This document shows positions 41,091 to 55,746 of a stretch of DNA of 64,000 bases, piece after piece (position 1 is the stretch's first letter; each line of letters begins with the position of its first letter). The notes beneath the pieces were generated by a model that worked only from the letters and a program-made list of their open reading frames with translations, did not search any database and was not told where the DNA came from. The stretch spans positions 58,032,001-58,096,000 of the forward strand of contig OZ024747.1 in NCBI GenBank assembly GCA_964016885.1. Reading direction: 5' to 3'. The translations under genes and the position numbers were made by a program. Source of the DNA: Eledone cirrhosa. Its lineage: Eukaryota.

Positions 41091-42177
41091 TCAGGCTACG
41101 ACATCTCCACCTCTTCCTCAACGGTGATCAGGTGTGGTCGCCGTTTGCTAGACGCGTCTTTCCCCAGCTCGTCTCCTTGACAGAGCTGCAGTCCTGGGTC
41201 AAGCGAAGACCGAGAGGGAGCGCTTGGAGACTGGAATGTCTTCAGGCGCTCAAGGCCATCGACCAGTTGGGCAATAGGATCGGTGGAAACTCTACCTTCG
41301 CGTTCTATATAGATGATTAGTGGAGGGGAAGAGCGACGACGTACTTGGGGAAAATCTAGGCGTCAACGAAAATCAACTAGCCAATCTCTTCGGAAGAACT
41401 TTCGGGCCGGAGCCTATGGACAATCTCCAGAAATGCCTGGCCTGGCAGTGCTACCGAGGAGCTTTGCCAGTTTGGGATAAACTCTACAGGCATGGAAGTG
41501 CGGTCAGCCGGGCATGTCCGAGATGTGCGCAGGGCGACGAAACCGTCCTGCATGGACTCGTCCAGTGTCCGAGCATTGGTGACTTGTGGGTTTATGTAGA
41601 ACACCTGCTGTCGCGTGTATAACGGATCCCGCTATCAGCTGAGTCCATCGTGAGGATTGCCCCGCCCTCTCCTTTAGTTGGGAAGGGCAGGCAGTTTTTA
41701 TCTGTCTTGTGGCCATAGCGAAAGAGATAGTATGGTGGACGCGTCTGAAAGGGCTGAAGACGAGCACTTACCTCTTCGGTGATGCCCTGATTATTTTTTT
41801 CAAATTTCATTTGGAAAGGAAAATCAGGGTAGACAGGGAGGCGCTCTCTTCCCAGTATTTTGTTGAAAGATGGGTGAGAGAGGCAAGAATGGCCCCAGTG
41901 CATGGGCCTACTCTGAGTATATGCCTGTAAATTGAAGGTCGAAAACTGGGAGAGGGCACTTGCCCTGGTGGTCAGGGTCACCGTGACTTTTTTAATGTGC
42001 TTTCTCCACGATGGCCCTTGGAAGTCTCCCCCCCTATTGGGGAATTTTTCATTGTTCTTTTTTTGTTACATCCTCTGTTTTTGTTTTGTTTTTTACACCT
42101 AGAAATGCCCATTTGCACTGTCCTGTACTGTCCTTAATGTCTAATTTGTGTAAACTCTTGTGGTTAATAAAGAAAGC
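41091..42177 (+). mobile_element. 5'-truncated copy of the same Tx1/L1-type LINE
   Basis: Collinear with about 61969-63054 (WSPFARRVFPQLVSL, ACPRCAQGDETVLHGLVQC), same 3' UTR and (TTA)n tail, with stops and frameshifts. Confidence 0.93.
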
Positions 42178-42334
42178 ATTATTATTATTGTTATTATTAT
42201 TGCATGTTCATGTATATGTAATGTATATGTAATGTATATGTAATGTATATGTGTTTGTATATATATATATACGCACACACACAAACATATATATATATAC
42301 ACACATATATATATATATATGCACGCCCGCACGC

Positions 42335-42391
<57 letters not shown>

Positions 42392-42640
42392 TATATATAT
42401 ACAATCTTCCCCCTCTCTCTTTCTGGCTCAAGTGTCTCATTACCTATCAGAGATATTTGAAACCATCGGGTACTTGAACGGTATATTCTTCTATAGATCT
42501 CTTCAGTAAAAGTAACGCATTGGAAAGGTTTAGGAAGTCTTTAGCGTGGCTATTAATGTATCCAAGAGAGAGAGTGGGGGGGGGCTATATGGAGAGAGAG
42601 AGAGGTGGGTTGAGAGAGAGAGAGGGGAGAGAGAGAGAGG

Positions 42641-42684
<44 letters not shown>

Positions 42685-43424
42685 GGATTTTTTCATCTCA
42701 TTTACACCCTTTCTTACTAAACAGTTTCTTGAGCGAAATATGAGAAATCGGTAAACAAGAAAAATAAGAATAATCAATAGCCTCTCCCAGATATAATGGA
42801 CCGTGAGACGTGACAAAATTAGTCTTATTATAAATGGATGAATTTGACGTTAAATGCTTTATAGTAGAAAATATCAGAATGTAACTTTTCATCGCTATGT
42901 GGATGTCTCTGTATGCATGTATGTGTAACGCCGTTACGTTTATGTGTATATGCCCTCGAATTTTGTGCGTACATGTGCGCGTCCATACGTGCTTCTCTGT
43001 GCCTGAGCAGTTTTATACTTCTCTATATCCTCTTAACTTTCATATTTCTAATGAAAGAAACTTAAAGTTAATGGTATGAGAAGGCTGCGTAGGATTCACG
43101 TTGAGAAAAAAATATTCTTTGGAAATATTAGGATATCCTTTGAATGTTTTATATTTTATATTTATATTTTACTTCTTCATTCGACGTATGCTTCTTAAAC
43201 CGCCGTATATGCCAAGGGAAATTTACACACGCATACATATATAAGCACACGCAATCCATAAATGTTCGCTTATATGTAAATATGCGACTTATTGTCCGCA
43301 AACAGAAATTCATAACGCCAACATACACAAAATTGCATGGATATTCACATCGATAGATAGATAGATAGATAGGCAGATAGATTGGAAGAGAAATGGAGAG
43401 AGTAAGTAGGGAAGTGGAGAGTGA

Positions 43425-43510
<86 letters not shown>

Positions 43511-43604
43511 GTAAACAGGCAAATTTCTAAATATATATACATAAATATTCATAAATATGTATATTTTCTCAAATAGCTCATATGTCACCAATGAGTAACC
43601 ATTT

Positions 43605-43787
43605 GGATTGGCAGTATCGGTAGAGAGTCGGACGCCATGCTTTCCAGCATAGTTACGTCCCTTTACGGTCTGAGTTCAAACCCCGCCGAGATTGACTTTG
43701 CCTTTCATCCTTACGGGGTCGATAAAATAAAGTACCAGTAATGTACTGGGTGATTTGCTGGCCTTTTGCCAAAAGTAGAAACAATTA
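43605..43787 (+). mobile_element. tRNA-derived SINE (major family, Nin-domain-like core)
   Basis: A-box-like TGGCAGTATCGG, B-box GAGTTCAAACC, core gactttgcctttcatccttacggggtcgataaaataaagtaccag, end gtagaaacaatta. Confidence 0.85.
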
Positions 43788-44413
43788 ATTATTTCATCTC
43801 AAGATGTATACAACGAAGGTTTGATCGGGGTAGGATTTATACCCAGGACGTGGAAATGACAAACCAATACAGCAAGATATATTATAAGGTTTGTTGTAAA
43901 TAATTAGAATGGTTGGAAAAGGTCATAAAGTCATGTTCGAATCCACGTTGCTCCAGGTCACTAACCCGAAAATAAGTATCAGTGCAATTTCGTAAGCTTC
44001 TGGCTTCGATCAACCTTTGCTAAATCCGAAAGACAAAGGGGATATGATCACCGCACATAACGAATAACTGCATTCAGCCATCTCTTCCCGCCATATAAAT
44101 GTAAATATTGACACAATCTTGCAGCCTACCAAACACAGAGCAATGTAGACCACATGAAAATACAGGTGGTTTCCTTCAGGTTTAAGCTGCAAACAAAACA
44201 ATCTACAACAAATTACCATGCTATGTAAAATTTGTTCATATCTCTACACAGAGATTATTTAAGGAATTTAAAAGCGAGAAATTTGACAAATTGATTAGTG
44301 CGGCGGATTCAATATTTCCTAAATTGTTCTGGTCTATGCGCTCTGACTCCAAATCCCGGTGGGTAAATGTTCATTTTATCAGTTCAATAAAGACACTGCC
44401 CGGTACCGTGGTC

Positions 44414-44499
<86 letters not shown>

Positions 44500-44563
44500 T
44501 ACACATACACATACACACACACAAACACGCCCACAAACGCCTTCTCATAAACACACACACACT

Positions 44564-44622
<59 letters not shown>

Positions 44623-45565
44623 CAATCTCTGTTAGAACTAGGCTATTTCATATCTATAAAGTCTGGTGACTGCATATAATTTTGTCTGAATGATGACTGT
44701 CTATTGCAAAGAAATTGTAATGTAAAATCCATCGTCTACAATGCAAATATTAGATATACCAACTCCAACCAGCCAGAATTCAGTAAAAATAAGTGGGTAT
44801 AGTACAAAACATTTCCTCCTTTAGGCTTCTTATTATAGAACCTAGCACAGAAATTGCAAAATGTGTCTAGTAGCTACAAGGAATAACATGGAAGTTGCTC
44901 TAAGAGTCCACGTCACACATCATTTGAACTAAGAGGTTCACTCTCTGCCTCAGTGAAACAATGAGGATGTTTCCAGGATTGTACTCATCAAATAAGTACC
45001 TTAACTCCAAAACTGAGATATTTAGACAGTGTTTGCAGCTGAAGGCCATTTCCAGTCTAACTGGAAATCCACACCCCAAAATGATCCCAGTACATAAGTG
45101 ATCTAATAGTATATAATCTACGGGGTTTTTTTTTCGGCGGGGGGTGGGTTACCATCATTTGTTTTGACTGGACCTATTCATGAGCTGTGATTATTCTGCG
45201 TAAAGTAACGGTTTTTTTCCTGTAAAATTGCTCTTGCGTATGACGAACGATGACAGCTTTACAACGGCTTTTTCACTAGGAAGTGGTGGCTATAACTGAA
45301 CTCCGAAACCTGAGGTCATGCTTATATGTTAAGTGCATGAAATGAAGTTCATTAAGATAATTCTGGTGTCTAGGTGATTGCGTCCGTATTTGCATAATAT
45401 ACCTTAGATATTGGAGTCACTCAAATATAGCACACGTCTGCCAAGTGCAGGATCACTTTTGATATTCACCCTAAATAATGCCTATACACGACACGTACAC
45501 ATACATCATACAAGGAGTCAATTAACCCCAACAATATATAGACGATATATATATATATATATATA

Positions 45566-45610
<45 letters not shown>

Positions 45611-45641
45611 GTGTGTATTATATATATATAGTGTATATATA

Positions 45642-45696
<55 letters not shown>

Positions 45697-45732
45697 CGTG
45701 TGCGTGTTTATATATATATACACACACACACT

Positions 45733-45775
<43 letters not shown>

Positions 45776-46911
45776 GTACTATGTGTGATAGCGTGTAGGC
45801 CTATTGATGGAATGTATGATTGTGTGAGTAAATGTAGGCGAATGTTGTTTGACGTACGTTTTTATGTGCATTTATCTGTTAGTACGCATATACACATGAA
45901 TAGAGTCACACTATAGTTATTTTTCCTTCTTCCTATACGCCTGTCATTCTTAATGGACCCTCTTTGATATATAATATGCACTAACTCCCACCTCGTGGCT
46001 ATTACAGTACTTATGAACTTTTGGCGGGAAATATCGATCGACTATAATAGAAAGGAAAGATCGATAACTAAATTAGCAATGTTCTTTATATAGGTTTCTT
46101 TCAGAACGTGCCATTTCGGTAAATTCTTGACATAAAGTCACATTTTCATCTCTCTAACATAATATAACGTTTGACTTCTATATCATACTGTTCAATATGA
46201 TTTCATTATTCTAAAGTAGTCTTGTCTTTTATTAGAAATTATGTATGCGGTCAGCATCTGTTTAAAGAGGGTTGGTGAATAGGTGAAATCTGTTTTAATG
46301 TTTCTCATTTCAGTATTTTGTTTCTTTTTCTTATATTTCAATACTATTCAGTTTTTTGTTGCTGATTTTCTTTTCTTTTATAGAACTTCGATTTCTCTTG
46401 TTCCAATATTAAGCAGCACGGGGAAGTATTCATTGTAATCTAAAGTATTGTTGCTCTCTCTATTGCCGGTGAACATTTCAAAGTTTCTTTTATGTACATC
46501 AGTAACTTCATTAAGATATGGGAAATTGACTGAGTCTTTCGGACGACTGACAGAGTGCTTTGCAGTCATTTCTCTGCATATGTGTGCTTTGAGTTCGAAT
46601 CGCAACGAGGTCTAATTTGCCTTTCATTTGTTCGAAGGTGATAATAAAGCGCCGGTCTATATTCTTTCTATATTCCTCTCTCCTCCTCAGGAAGGAAACA
46701 ACTGCGTCCAGATCTGGAGGGGTATGAGCTCCTACAGGCTAAGCACACGCCGTTTATCAATAAGGTTCTCCTACGACTTGATCATTAGAGACGGGTCCAT
46801 AGATACAGAATTTCATGATAAAAAAACAAACACCGTACACAATTCAGGCTTATTCTACTTCCAACAAAATGTCTTGTTTACCTTGTAGACATTTATCTCT
46901 CTCTCTCTCTG

Positions 46912-47009
<98 letters not shown>

Positions 47010-47276
47010 TAGTCTTAAGCCAGAAGGCTCATTAGGCCGGTGCTTATCCCGGTTTCATGGTGTGAAGCGACTGAGAGTAAAAGACTCCCTCTTGGACAGG
47101 ACGCCAGTCCATCGCAGGGTTAAACCTCCAGCTATTGCTGGTACTCATTTTCAGCTGAGTATACGGGAGTAACGTGAAATGAAGTGTTTTGCTCAAAAAC
47201 ACAATACGCAACCCAGGAATCGAACCCACGCCATTATGATCGTAAGTCCAACACCCTTACTAGGCTACGTGCCTCC
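47010..47276 (-). mobile_element. Second tRNA-derived SINE family
   Basis: Minus strand: TAGCCTAGT A-box-like, GGTTCGATTCC B-box, then ttgagcaaaacactt...aaccctgcgatggactggcgtcctgtcc central domain. Confidence 0.8.
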
Positions 47277-47477
47277 ACACACACATATATATATACACAC
47301 ACACACACATATAAATATATATATATATATATGTGTGTGTGTAGAAGAGATATTTAATGTGTTGCAAATCCAACAAATATAGATGTTTACAACTGATTCA
47401 GAGCACACCGACAGACTTCTGGAGTAATTATTCAATGATATTAAATAAATGGAAACTATATTTATAAAACCATATTT

Positions 47478-47537
47478 ATTCTATTATATATATTTCAAGG
47501 GTACCAAAAATGTTGGTACGCTATCATCAGATAAAAT
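47478..47537 (-). ncRNA. Minimal type I hammerhead ribozyme downstream of a PLE endonuclease remnant
   Basis: AUUUUAU-CUGAUGA-UAGCGUACCAACAUUUUUGGUACCCUU-GAAA-UAUAUA-UA-AUAGAAU; same family as 5756 and 33165. Confidence 0.8.
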
Positions 47538-47949
47538 ACAAAATGTTTTATAAATATTTGACATGACCAAGGATAATATACCTGAACGTTCAAGTTATCC
47601 CTGGAAAGTGAAGGGAAGAGAGAAGAAAAGTCAGATATTTAAAATAATTAATATGAGTATGCAAATGATGTGTATATTAAAGGGCTGAAAAAATATTATT
47701 TTAGACGCTATGGAAAATTTAAATATTTATGATAAGGAAGAGAAAGAGAAAAGAGAAAAAATAACGTTAATTTTGGGGAAAAGATTTTTGTTACCTATAT
47801 TATGAGATATAATATTATATGGATAATTATGGTTGTAAGTATTTTTATCTTATTACATTAGGATATGTTATATGTATATAAATATCTATATATATATTAA
47901 TAAGTTGCGTATGCATTGATTGTTTATATAAACAAATGAGTTACGAATG

Positions 47950-48170
47950 ATGTTGAACATTTTAGTGGGTGTGGTTGTCTTTTAGACTCCAGATATAAGC
48001 TGAAAGTGACGTCATATTCCTTCTTAAAGGGTTAAGAAAAGAATGTGTATGCATGTAAATACGCTGCTTGAATCTATTGGCGGTTAACGTTATGTAGGCC
48101 CTACGGGACGTGCGTGTTTCAACCTTACATTTGTAGACAATGTTGCTAGCGAGGCAAGGGGGCAGTCAAC
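47950..48170 (-). pseudogene. Penelope-like GIY-YIG remnant
   Basis: Manual translation: DCPL / CLASNIVYKCKVETRTSRRAYITLTANRFKQRIYMHTHSFLNPLRRNMTSLSAYIWSLKD. Followed downstream on the same strand by the HHR at 47478-47537. Confidence 0.85.
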
Positions 48171-48286
48171 CTTATTCCTACAATCTGTTATTTTAATAAA
48201 TATTTGCACTACGGTTCTTATATATTTGATATATATTTATCCCTATCCTGACCTCTTTGGATCTTAGTCTTCAAATTTATTATTAT

Positions 48287-48346
<60 letters not shown>

Positions 48347-48608
48347 GAAATAGAATGAAACGAAATTTCATTTCTCACACTTAGTACGGCAATTACTTAA
48401 ATGTAAGTATGTATGTGTGTATACGTACATACATATATGTATACAGACATACAGTAGTATGTATATATATACATACATGCACGTATCGGTTTACCGAACA
48501 TTTATTATAATGCTCGGTTTCTTTGTTTGTAAACAAACAAACAGCCCGAATTACGCCGTACAGTGTTTAGCCCACCACGTCACCTTTTTGTTCAACACTG
48601 TCACAGGA

Positions 48609-48651
48609 ACGATGTACTAGTTTCAAGCTCATTAGCTATCGCCAGCATCGT
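48609..48651 (-). ncRNA. Mutated hammerhead copy (core CUGGCGA)
   Basis: Inverted copy of 48842-48884 with A6>G in the core; probably inactive. Confidence 0.7.
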
Positions 48652-48841
48652 ATACCTTCCATTTAAGTAAGTGCCGTACTAAAGAGTGAGAAGTGAAATT
48701 TCGTTTCATTCTATTCCATTTATCGTTTACGGTGTGCCCAGCTGACTAAACTCACTCGATATGCAAATTAGGCTGCTCAGCCGTTAATATGCATAAGGAA
48801 AGTATATACTCTCAGACGTTCAACCATCTGGCAGGAAGTAT

Positions 48842-48884
48842 ACGATGCTGACGATAGCTAATAAGCTTGAAACTAGTACATCGT
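48842..48884 (+). ncRNA. Minimal type I hammerhead ribozyme
   Basis: ACGAUG-CUGACGA-UAGCUAAUAAGCUU-GAAA-CUAG-UA-CAUCGU. Perfect stem I and palindromic stem III. Confidence 0.9.
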
Positions 48885-49103
48885 CCCTGTGTCAGTGTTG
48901 AACAAAAAGGTGACGTGGTTGCCTAAACACTGTACGGCGTAATTCGGGCTGTTTGTTTGTTTACAAACAGACAAACCGAGCATTATAATAAATGTTCGGT
49001 AAACCGATACGTGCATATATATATGTGTGCCTGTATGTATATATATACATACTACTGTACGTCTGTATACATATATTTATGTACGTATACACACATACAT
49101 ACT

Positions 49104-49143
<40 letters not shown>

Positions 49144-50197
49144 CCTGTAAGTATGTATGTGGTGTTACTAGTAGTAGAGGTTATGCCAGTAATAGTAGCA
49201 GTAATAGTAATTGTAGTTGTAGTATCTATATTGGTGAACACCTCATTGTTAGAAATTGATATCATTTGGTGAACAAATTGTCGAATATTCTGATAAATAC
49301 AAATTATAGCAATGGTGTTTCTTCCATCTCCAGAACATTCCACTTCTCCCTAGAAAGACATTAATCTTTCTTAATTAACATGGTTTTGACATATTATTGC
49401 ATTCACGTTCTACACATAACACTTCATTGGTTTTATTGTAATGTTAAATTTTCTCCTAAACTTTCTCTCTTAACATTTCCACAATTTAAAAGATTCTATA
49501 AATGTATACAACTTTATCTAAGTAAATACATTCGTATCTTGTTATAACATTTAAACCGCATCTTCTATCTAAGCAACAAGGCGGCTTGGTCTGCTAGAAA
49601 GACTAGACAAAGTTTCTTTAATAAAAACATTGCCTCCATTGTGTTCCGACCTGGTGTATACAGACATATACTCACATTTATTACTATATAATCATTACCA
49701 CAAATTATCTGACTTCACAGCCATTTTGACTTCGAATGTAGTCACATGACCATCAAGTGTAAGGGAATGCCAAAGTTGATTAAATCAGGCCCAGTACTTG
49801 ATAGGTACTTAAGATCCAGGAGGACAGTCAAATTTGACTTAGGTGAAATTGGCAATCAGTATGTATAAAGCATCCGAACAACTAGCTTGATGACATTTTA
49901 CCTGACACGTGACCAATTCCACTAATCATGTCATACATACTTCCATATTGACAAAGTATATGAGAGATTGGTTATATATATATATATATATATTTGTTTC
50001 TACTTTTGGCACAAGGCCAGCAATTAACCAGTACATTACTGGTACTTTATTTTATCGAGTACCAGAAATGTACAGGGTTGAGATGTAATCTTTCTGCACT
50101 TATAATTATATGTTTTCTTGTTCGAAAACTACGCTCACACGCACACGCACACACACACCTATACACATATATATATATATATATGTATATCTATCTA

Positions 50198-50230
<33 letters not shown>

Positions 50231-50784
50231 GGTGATACCTGACTGGATGGGGATACCTGAAAAGCTTTTATTGGTAGTTATTTTATATTGTGTCTTAATC
50301 AAACGTGAGAACTCAAAAGCACGTGACCGTTTTCTAGAACTATTCGATTGCTTAGGTGAAAGGAGAATGATATCCTCAGACAAACGATGTAAACAGAAAT
50401 ATGCAACAGATTTGATTATGCTATATGTACCCAGGGATCAGTTGGAGGCAGATTGATCGATATTATTTATCCATAAGCTGGTCATTCAAGAATGATAACT
50501 GTGATCGAATCAAGAGGTCTGAAATGCAAACATTGCTTTACTGAGAAAAAGTGTAGAAATGTAGAAATTTAACCGTCAGTTGTCAACTTACCAACATTAA
50601 AAAGAACTTCCTCTTAGTCATCTCAATCTTATAAACAAGCATGAATGGCAGGTAAAGGAGTTTGTATCCCAATCCTGTAACTTCAACTTCAGTCTCTCCT
50701 CTTAGTAACTTAGGTAAATACCTTCTCCTCACCCTGCGAATTGATCAACGTCTTGTGCGTTAAGTTTTAGAAACTGCACAGAAA

Positions 50785-50845
<61 letters not shown>

Positions 50846-52830
50846 ATGTGTGTGTGTGTGTGTTTGTATTGTGTGTTTGTGTGTGTGTGAGTGCCTTGCG
50901 TGTGCTTGCGTATTGATCCGTGCGCTAGTCTCTGTGTTTGCAGTTAATATTTCTTTAGCTCCCTTACGTTAGCGGTTGGATAGAATACCATTGATGAAAT
51001 ATGTACCTAATATTAAATCACGATCACTATAATTGCCTACATCCCTTCCAAGAGGTGACTTTATATAAGAGCAATCTGAAAGTCTGAAATATGTAATAGA
51101 GTAAATGTAAGACATGTATATTATACAACTCTGTATAATTTAATGATGAGAACAAATACGAAAAAAATGTCTTTTTACGTTCTTTTTACGTTTCTAATGA
51201 ACCAAATTAACATTTTAAAACTACATTTCTTTGTTCATTAAATCTGCCGGCTCACAATAAAAATATAATTTTCTATTATGTAAATTAAGCCTAAATATGT
51301 ATACCTTGTCCGCAAGCCGATGTCTGAAAACTGTAAAATATGAAAAAATTATAATATATTGTAACGGCTATATCTTGTTTATTCTGGACGTAATGAAATT
51401 GTTTATTCCTGGAATTTGTGATGTTTTAAATTTCAAACAAATCTATAATTTTGGAAACGTCTATTTTAATATATTTCCCTACAGTTCATCACTGATTCAA
51501 TCTACAAATTATTGACCTCCGACAGAGAGCATTAACAATCTCAAGATTCTGCCAACAATAACTTTGAACATGTATACTTAAATTCGGTACAAGAGTGAGG
51601 GTGAAATGATTGATATCTTTAATGAACATGAATTACAAATGCAGCGAAGATATACGAGTGAAAATAGAGATCATTAGCTATATAGCTGTAGATTATAATG
51701 TTATTTGATGGTGTGTCAGTGAAATAGAATCATTAACTCTGATGGCTATTGAGTGCAGTAGATATAAACAAAAACACTAGAGCTTCACATGTTACTATAT
51801 TCAGCACCTCTGCCACCAGGTGCAGACAATAATTTGATTTATGAGATATCCATGAGGTCATTCGATATATTCTAAAAAACAGTGAAATATTCATTGTGTG
51901 AAATTACCATAAAATGATAAGATAGCAAGATGGAATAGAATATTACTTAAGAGTGAAACAGCTGTAAGGTAAGGATTGAAAAGGTCTTATGTTATAGATT
52001 TACTCATTCAGAGGAACCTAAGACCAAACTACAAAATGAATAACGAAAACAACAATTTTATATATGAGTAATGTATATAACTGTAACATTATGTGAGTAA
52101 TGTATATAGCTAATATTTCGGTGGAGCGTCGAACAACATTCTTTATGACATCGAGTTGCGGCCCTTTACGATCTGAGTTAAAATTCTCCCGAGGTAAACT
52201 TTTCCTTTCCTCCTTACGGATTCGATTAGATAAAGAACCAGTAATTCACATTTAGTCGACTATCACTTCCCCCAAAATTGTTTCCCTTGGAATTTTCCCT
52301 AAATCAGAAATCAATATCTTTACTTTAAACAATTGTCGTAATCTAAATAAAGGCTCATGTTGTTCATGGAGAACTGAAACCTATAATTGCCATATTAACT
52401 GATGGCAAAATCGTAGGGGATTGGAAATTTGGAAAGAATGTCGAACAGCATAACCCTTCCTACTTTCTGACTTTTAAACCGTCCTTTGTCTAAACTTAAA
52501 AAAATGACTTGTAAATTATTTGGGTCTATTAAATAAAAAGGAAGTTTTCCTGATTCAATCGTCAAAACCTTGGGACAATATAAAGACATTATTATATCGA
52601 TCTTCAAACTGTTGCTTCCATCCGACAAATTGATAGAAAGATATTACACTTAGAGAAAGTGCTTCGTAAATTTGGAAGCCTAATGCAACAATGATCTCTG
52701 ACTGTTTATAGTGGTAACGCTTTTACTAGCTTGTTTACTTATTCACAAGATCTGACAGACTTTAGAAATTCAAACCAAATATTCCCTTAAACGAAGCGCA
52801 ACGTCTTGAAGAATGGTAGAACCTATTGAA

Positions 52831-52998
52831 TAATGTGTAATTCTTAAATGCGATATGGCATCTTGGTGGGAGCGGAATGACAGCATTTTGCTCTTTGTTT
52901 TTCTTCTGTCTACGTATTTCTATGTATAGTATAAAGAGAAAAATGCAGACATTCCACTCTCAACTGGATGCCATATCGCATTTAAGAATTACACATTA
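52831..52998. repeat. Inverted duplication at the 5' truncation point of a PLE remnant
   Basis: taatgtgtaattcttaaatgcgatatggcatc versus gatgccatatcgcatttaagaattacacatta. Confidence 0.88.
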
Positions 52999-53160
52999 TA
53001 CAAACTATACACGGACAAACAGAAACTGCAGAAATTCCAGCGATTGTCCTCTATCGGGTAAATGCTTATACAAAAATATCATTTATCAACGTGTGGACAA
53101 ATCTAAACTGGGGATATATAAATATGTGGGTTCCACTTCGAATATTTTCAGAAAAGATGG
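52969..53160 (+). pseudogene. Penelope-like GIY-YIG remnant
   Basis: RNCRNSSDCPLSGKCLYKNIIYQ...YKYVGSTSNIF within ORF 52877-53248. gccatatcgcatt at its start is shared with the 12172 element. Confidence 0.8.
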
Positions 53161-53322
53161 TATGTGCACACACAACACACACATATATATGCCCCCCCCC
53201 CACCCACACACACAATCACATATATATATATATATATATATATTATAAAAACAGATTAAAGTTCAGGAAAAGAATCGCTTTGCTTAAACTTTAATCTGTT
53301 CTTATAATAATATATGCTCTAC

Positions 53323-53403
<81 letters not shown>

Positions 53404-53446
53404 CCTTAGCGAACACTCTTCGGATTTAAGTATTCACCGTTATGAT

Positions 53447-53482
<36 letters not shown>

Positions 53483-53782
53483 GGAATACCACGAGCGTGC
53501 TTGTTACGTAAGTCGGATATTTGATTTCGGATTCACAGAAACACTTTAAACGTATATCGTTTAATTTGTCCAGGTGTATCTTTTTTAACCTGTTAGTTTT
53601 TTCGTTGCTCTGGTATTATGTGTTAGGTTTTGCCTACCACAATGTTCAATTTGTCAATCCATTTAAACGTATGTTGTTACTCTAAGGACCTACCATATCG
53701 AGTTCTTTGCTAACTCATTCATATTGTAGGTCGACTTTGCTTGCCCACAACCAAAGCTTCGATTTTACTAAGCCTCCACTTG

Positions 53783-53827
<45 letters not shown>

Positions 53828-54700
53828 TATGAAACATTATGAGAAATAAGGATGGATGACACATTGGTGCTAAATAATTATTGCCACTTACTCGTATTTG
53901 GTTTGTATTTTCGCATAACATATTCGATGTGTCGCTTCATTTTTCAAAAGGGCGGGCTTTATTAAAGGGAATATTTGGCTTGTATTTTTAAGTACAATTC
54001 TTGTTTATCAGGTTTAGTAAATAAGTAGATTCACTCCCGTTAATTAATTAGGGTATTCTCCTGTCGCTCCTTGAATAAATACATATTTCACAGAAGTGGT
54101 GTTAGATAAATAACTGCCATATGACATATTTTAATTAAGTAGGTGGAGTGGGGTCATTCATCAGTAGAAGGATCGTTGTTTTTTTTTGGTTTTTTATATG
54201 TATAGTTCATGCATATTTTCTCTTCGAGTGTTTGTTTTCTCACAATTTCTCATTAAATGCGTGGTGTGTTTTATATTGTTATTGTTTTGTCAACGTTGTT
54301 GTAAACCATCAGGATTGTGTCGTTCGCCCATCGTTATCACTCTGCCTATCAACATAGGATTAATGTAATTAATACCCGCATACGAACAACTTTCTATTTC
54401 CACGCCTATCTATATTCGTATCATCTCACTCTCCACTACACATTTTTTCACTCACTATCAGTTTCTTCAATTCTCTCTCCATCTCTCCAGTTATACGTGT
54501 AATCACATTAACACCTCAAGAACATATTACAGCGGAGAACCAATATAAAACTATCGAATGCCGACATCGAGAACATTTAACACACATACCGTAAACACAT
54601 CATATAATTCAGGTGGCACTTCACATCTTCCACCAGAGATTCATACATATGACCACATCAATATATAAACTCATACACAATGAAACATATATATTTCAAT

Positions 54701-54757
<57 letters not shown>

Positions 54758-55116
54758 CTTCTTACATACACGTAAACGCACATAATATATATATATACAT
54801 ATATGTATGTATATATGTGTACACGCACACACACACAATATACAGAAACTATACAGTCTATTCTTTAAACATAAAGTGTTATGTGTGTGCATATTGACAC
54901 GTATCCACACATACTCCTTTCAGCTGGATTATGCTATTGATATAAGGTTTATTTACTGCCAAATCAGTAACATGTACTTATTTTTAAACAATTCCTATTA
55001 TAAGCAGTGACAAACACACTCCAATCTGAAATTAACAAGTTTTCCTCTTGTAGCTCGGTCACCTTTAGGGAACGCAGAATCTCATATTACATATTGCATT
55101 GCTTTTTTTTCATTGG

Positions 55117-55117
<1 letters not shown>

Positions 55118-55172
<55 letters not shown>

Positions 55173-55176
55173 TCTC

Positions 55177-55228
<52 letters not shown>

Positions 55229-55288
55229 TCCCTCTCTATCTCTTTTTCTCTCTCTCTTACTTCCCCTCCCTCTCTTCTTTCTCTCACT

Positions 55289-55333
<45 letters not shown>
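55118..55333. repeat. (CT)n microsatellite
   Basis: Directly visible. Confidence 0.97.
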
Positions 55334-55335
<2 letters not shown>

Positions 55336-55492
55336 CATATATACTCACATATATATATATACATTTATATATACATATACTTATTACATACAGCATTGCT
55401 TGTTTTATTGCTCCCTCTCTCATTGACTGTCTCTCTCTCTCTCCCTCTATATATATATATATATATATCTCCACACACACACACACACGCAC

Positions 55493-55537
<45 letters not shown>

Positions 55538-55562
55538 AAATAAATATATATATATAAATAAA

Positions 55563-55616
<54 letters not shown>

Positions 55617-55682
55617 TACATATGTATATATACTTCCATACACACATATATACTTACAGTTACACATATGTTTCTCTAATTT

Positions 55683-55746
<64 letters not shown>

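Larger units (their letters stand above)
48340..49107. repeat. Two interleaved inverted repeats (A, B', A', C, B)
   Basis: 48340-48403 pairs with 48660-48723; 48404-48660 pairs with 48835-49107. Confidence 0.92.

Noticed and set aside
43605-43690. tRNA gene
   Set aside because: A/B boxes belong to SINE heads, with no complete cloverleaf, and the sequence continues into the SINE body.
52395-52628. 77-aa ORF in non-repetitive sequence
   Set aside because: No recognisable motif or clear splice signals; length is compatible with chance.
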